Both the position numbers and the translations under genes were made by a program. Positions 61,154-64,000 of a stretch of 64,000 bases of DNA are shown piece by piece. The notes under the pieces are model-generated. The model was not told the origin of the DNA. It did no database searches and worked only from the letters and a program-made list of their open reading frames with translations. The stretch spans positions 1 to 64,000 of the IMG/VR virus record IMGVR_UViG_3300027143_000001; one strand, written 5' to 3'. Origin of the DNA: a virus. Numbering within the stretch: the first letter of the stretch is position 1; each line of letters opens with the position of its first letter.

Positions 61154-63817
61154 TTACTTGCCGCTTTCTGCGACTTTTCTGTTGGTTACATATTTTTCAA
61201 ACATATCCGTTACATAGGTTCCAGCACTCAGATACGAGGTAGGGTCATTTGGATTGTCAATCTTCTGAAATTTGTACAGCTTCTCGTTACGCTTTGTGCT
61301 AGGGTCAAAATACTGGAAAGTGATACCCAAGCCAAATGCACCAGAGACGTCACGCACACCAGCAGCGGTGTAATCAAAACCAACAGCGTTCATATAGCCA
61401 GGAGCTGTCACAATGGTGTTGGGATCAGCTGCAAATGCTGAGAAAGATCCTAGGTCAGTAGAGTTCACCGTATTCTTAGCCAGATACTTGTTGAAGCGTT
61501 CCAGCGGTAATGCGTTCTCACGGATGGTAGAATAAGGAAGTGTTACTGTTACAGTTTCTCCCTGCTTAAAACCTAAAGTTTTTGCAGCACTGGAATTAAT
61601 ATCAACCTTGAACTTTACCTTTACCTTCTCTCCCTGCGCATCATATGATACCGTGGCTGAATTACCCATCAGTTCTTTGATACTTACAGGAGACATGGAT
61701 GCTAACTTTTCAGGTGCAATCTTAGCACCGGTCTCTGCTACTTCTACAGAAGCAGCCGTATTTCCTGAAGCAGCGCCATCAATCAGCTGATACAATTCTG
61801 CGGAAGTAATCCCACTAAACTCAAATGTATCACCTGTTACACGCGCACGGTCATTGTATTGTGCGTCTACACGTTGGCTTAAATAAGATTGCTGAGCATC
61901 ACTTAGTCCGCTCAAATCATATACCGGTGTTCCGTCTTCTAATCTGTACAACAACTTAGCGCTTTCATATCCAGACTTAAGGTTGCCATATCCATCAGTA
62001 ATTTCTTTACTGATGTTTTTGGCATTACGTAGCAAGCTCTCGCGCTGTGTCATCAGTATGTTCATACTCGATAGCGACTTGCTGAACATATCCAACATCT
62101 TTGTGATTTCTTCTGTTTTCTTAATACCTGCATAGTCAGCAACAATCTCACGACCACGTGTATAAGTTGCTGCAGTAAACCCATCCAGCAATGATTGAGC
62201 TGCCTGCGGATTATTATTAGGATCTACAACTTTGGTATGTGTTTTCTTACCGTACTCTTTTAAGATTTCCTTGTCAGCATCTGTCAGCTGAATCCTGGTA
62301 TCACCATTGGCAATCTGCTGTACTTTATACATAATGTTATAGTACTTGCCATGTTCTGCCTCACCCACCACCAGGTTCATCAAACCGTTACCGGCTCCAA
62401 ACGTAGTGTTGAACAAATTATCGCGGTTCTTGGCCATACCATCCATCAATACATCTACCCCTGTAAAGACCTGTTGTCCAGCAGCATTACGTCCTAAGTA
62501 AGATTCAGACGGAAGATCGCCTTTACCTTGTGCAATTTTAACATCCAGAGCATACTCGCGATCCTTGTTCGCCTGCTCCTGGTTCATCTCCATGATCTTA
62601 AGCTCGCGATCCTGTTTCATCTTGGCGTAGGTTAGCTCTCTATCCTGTGCCATTTTCCATCTGGTAAGAACTACATCGTCAGACTTGATATCTACAGATG
62701 CTGTAGCATCGCTGTATCCTTTGGCCCACATCTTTGCAGTCTGGCTTTTAGCTTGTTGTGCAAAAATACCATGGATGTTTTGTGCTATAAAGTTTGCACC
62801 CTCTTCATCAAGTTTACTTGACAGAGATGATGCACCATCACGCTGGTTAATGTATGCGTCTTTTTCGTTGAGCGCATTGATGTACTTTTCTTTTACATCT
62901 GGATCCTCAATGCCATCAGGATATTTTTCTTCAATAAGCTTGATGCGTGATTCTATTTTCTCTAGCTCTGTGTCAGCTGTAGTAGTTTCTTCTGCGGTAT
63001 CAGTTTGCAATTGTTTTGCAAGCTGACCAGATACCATTTGTAACGCCTGCTCACGGGATACACCCTGAGATTGCTGAATGTTACGAATAGCGCTCTCTGC
63101 CTGCACCCAGCCTTGTTGCTGTAACTGACGGTCAAAGCGATTGCCCATCTGTGCCTGCGCCCAGTTGGTAAATGCTGCGTAAGACATCTTACCATTACCA
63201 TAAGTAACAATGTAAGGATTCTTACCATCTGCCGTAGCTACCTTAACGCCAATGTTTTGCTGCTTTGCTGCATCATTTAAGAATGTTGCAATATCATCCA
63301 TAGGCACAAACTCCTGCGGGCGAATCTTCTGAATAGACCCGTCACCACGTTTAGAGCTACGTAAATCTTCTTCTGCAAACCCAATAGCCTGACGACTAAA
63401 GTCATTATACTGCGCACGCATTTTAGGATCAGTACTGTTTTTGTACTGCTCCATACGTTGCTTTTGCTTTTGGTGAAACGAGGTAACCTGCATATCATAT
63501 GCGAGCTCCTGGTCCCTGGAGATTGGATTAAAGATTTCCTGCGCCTGCATTACGTTGGTAGGATTGGACAAGTCCACCCCTGCCAGACTCTTAATAGAGT
63601 TCTGCAGTTTCTTCATAACCTCCTGACGGTAGAGTTCGTTGGACTCACTGGTCAGGGGATTGTTAAGCGCAGAGTTATAGATACTCTTGACCATGTTAAA
63701 ACCACGGTCGTACTCCTGCTGACGCTGGCCATAGATCTCAGTCAAAAACTGGTAATCTGGCTTGTACACCTCAGCAGGTGTAATGTTGTCTGTTATACCT
63801 TGTATGAATGTTGACAT
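61154..63817 (-). CDS. virion cargo/structural protein
   Basis: N-terminal YKPDYQFL...RQQEYD.GF helical region; upstream of cargo genes. Confidence 0.75.
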   Translation of the reverse strand: MSTFIQGITDNITPAEVYKPDYQFLTEIYGQRQQEYDRGFNMVKSIYNSALNNPLTSESNELYRQEVMKKLQNSIKSLAGVDLSNPTNVMQAQEIFNPISRDQELAYDMQVTSFHQKQKQRMEQYKNSTDPKMRAQYNDFSRQAIGFAEEDLRSSKRGDGSIQKIRPQEFVPMDDIATFLNDAAKQQNIGVKVATADGKNPYIVTYGNGKMSYAAFTNWAQAQMGNRFDRQLQQQGWVQAESAIRNIQQSQGVSREQALQMVSGQLAKQLQTDTAEETTTADTELEKIESRIKLIEEKYPDGIEDPDVKEKYINALNEKDAYINQRDGASSLSSKLDEEGANFIAQNIHGIFAQQAKSQTAKMWAKGYSDATASVDIKSDDVVLTRWKMAQDRELTYAKMKQDRELKIMEMNQEQANKDREYALDVKIAQGKGDLPSESYLGRNAAGQQVFTGVDVLMDGMAKNRDNLFNTTFGAGNGLMNLVVGEAEHGKYYNIMYKVQQIANGDTRIQLTDADKEILKEYGKKTHTKVVDPNNNPQAAQSLLDGFTAATYTRGREIVADYAGIKKTEEITKMLDMFSKSLSSMNILMTQRESLLRNAKNISKEITDGYGNLKSGYESAKLLYRLEDGTPVYDLSGLSDAQQSYLSQRVDAQYNDRARVTGDTFEFSGITSAELYQLIDGAASGNTAASVEVAETGAKIAPEKLASMSPVSIKELMGNSATVSYDAQGEKVKVKFKVDINSSAAKTLGFKQGETVTVTLPYSTIRENALPLERFNKYLAKNTVNSTDLGSFSAFAADPNTIVTAPGYMNAVGFDYTAAGVRDVSGAFGLGITFQYFDPSTKRNEKLYKFQKIDNPNDPTSYLSAGTYVTDMFEKYVTNRKVAESGK

Positions 63818-64000
63818 TATCTTCCTGTCTTACGCTTGATTAATATTCTGAACATCTCGTCTGGTGTAACCACCGCTCCGCCCGTAGCAAAACCTCGTAC
63901 GCCACTCATGCCTGCAATGTCATAACCTGAATAGTTTGAATACCCTGCATAGGGATCTGCATACAACGCTGCTGCAGGATTACTTCTCAGAAGTGCATTG
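63817..64000 (-). CDS. 3' end of upstream structural gene (partial)
   Basis: Open frame ...GVRGFATGGAVVTPDEMFRILIKRKTGR*; TAATG overlap with next gene. Confidence 0.65.
   Translation of the reverse strand, partial: NALLRSNPAAALYADPYAGYSNYSGYDIAGMSGVRGFATGGAVVTPDEMFRILIKRKTGR

Noticed and set aside
1-64000. Stop-codon reassignment as in some crAss-like phages
   Set aside because: Genes up to 12.6 kb are intact in the standard code and no suppressor tRNA is seen.
1-64000. CRISPR array
   Set aside because: No regularly spaced direct repeats or cas genes were seen.

Overview
This window is a 64-kb part of a crAss-like (Crassvirales-type) phage of a Bacteroidota host, read in the standard genetic code. 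The + strand (1-25.8 kb) carries small accessory genes, an AAA ATPase and a four-gene uncharacterised module. These are followed by a ~1-kb non-coding tRNA/ncRNA cluster, dUTPase, and an attP-like site with a tyrosine integrase and an HTH gene. The replication block comprises an SF2 helicase, UNG, DnaB, a Sak4-like ATPase, a probable SSB, primase, GIY-YIG and PD-(D/E)XK nucleases, PolB and a dNMP kinase. A minus-strand lysis cassette (holin, spanin-like protein, amidase) is cut off from the other late genes by a + strand island containing a class II ribonucleotide reductase. The minus strand (31-64 kb) encodes tail spike and fibre proteins and the giant virion cargo proteins, including a 4198-aa zincin + two-barrel RNA polymerase with a DFDVD motif. 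Four observations stand out: (1) an attP-like site with a tRNA-Ser 3' core, flanking direct repeats and an IHF-consensus site next to the integrase, suggesting a temperate crAss-like phage; (2) several multibranch RNA domains and a tRNA-like RNA with a branched anticodon arm between two tRNAs; (3) a recurring TTGTAGA(C/G) motif over host-type promoters; (4) a tightly coupled four-gene His-rich/DUF module. Family names come from motif recognition, and RNA pairings and GC counts were done by hand; no database search or folding program was run.
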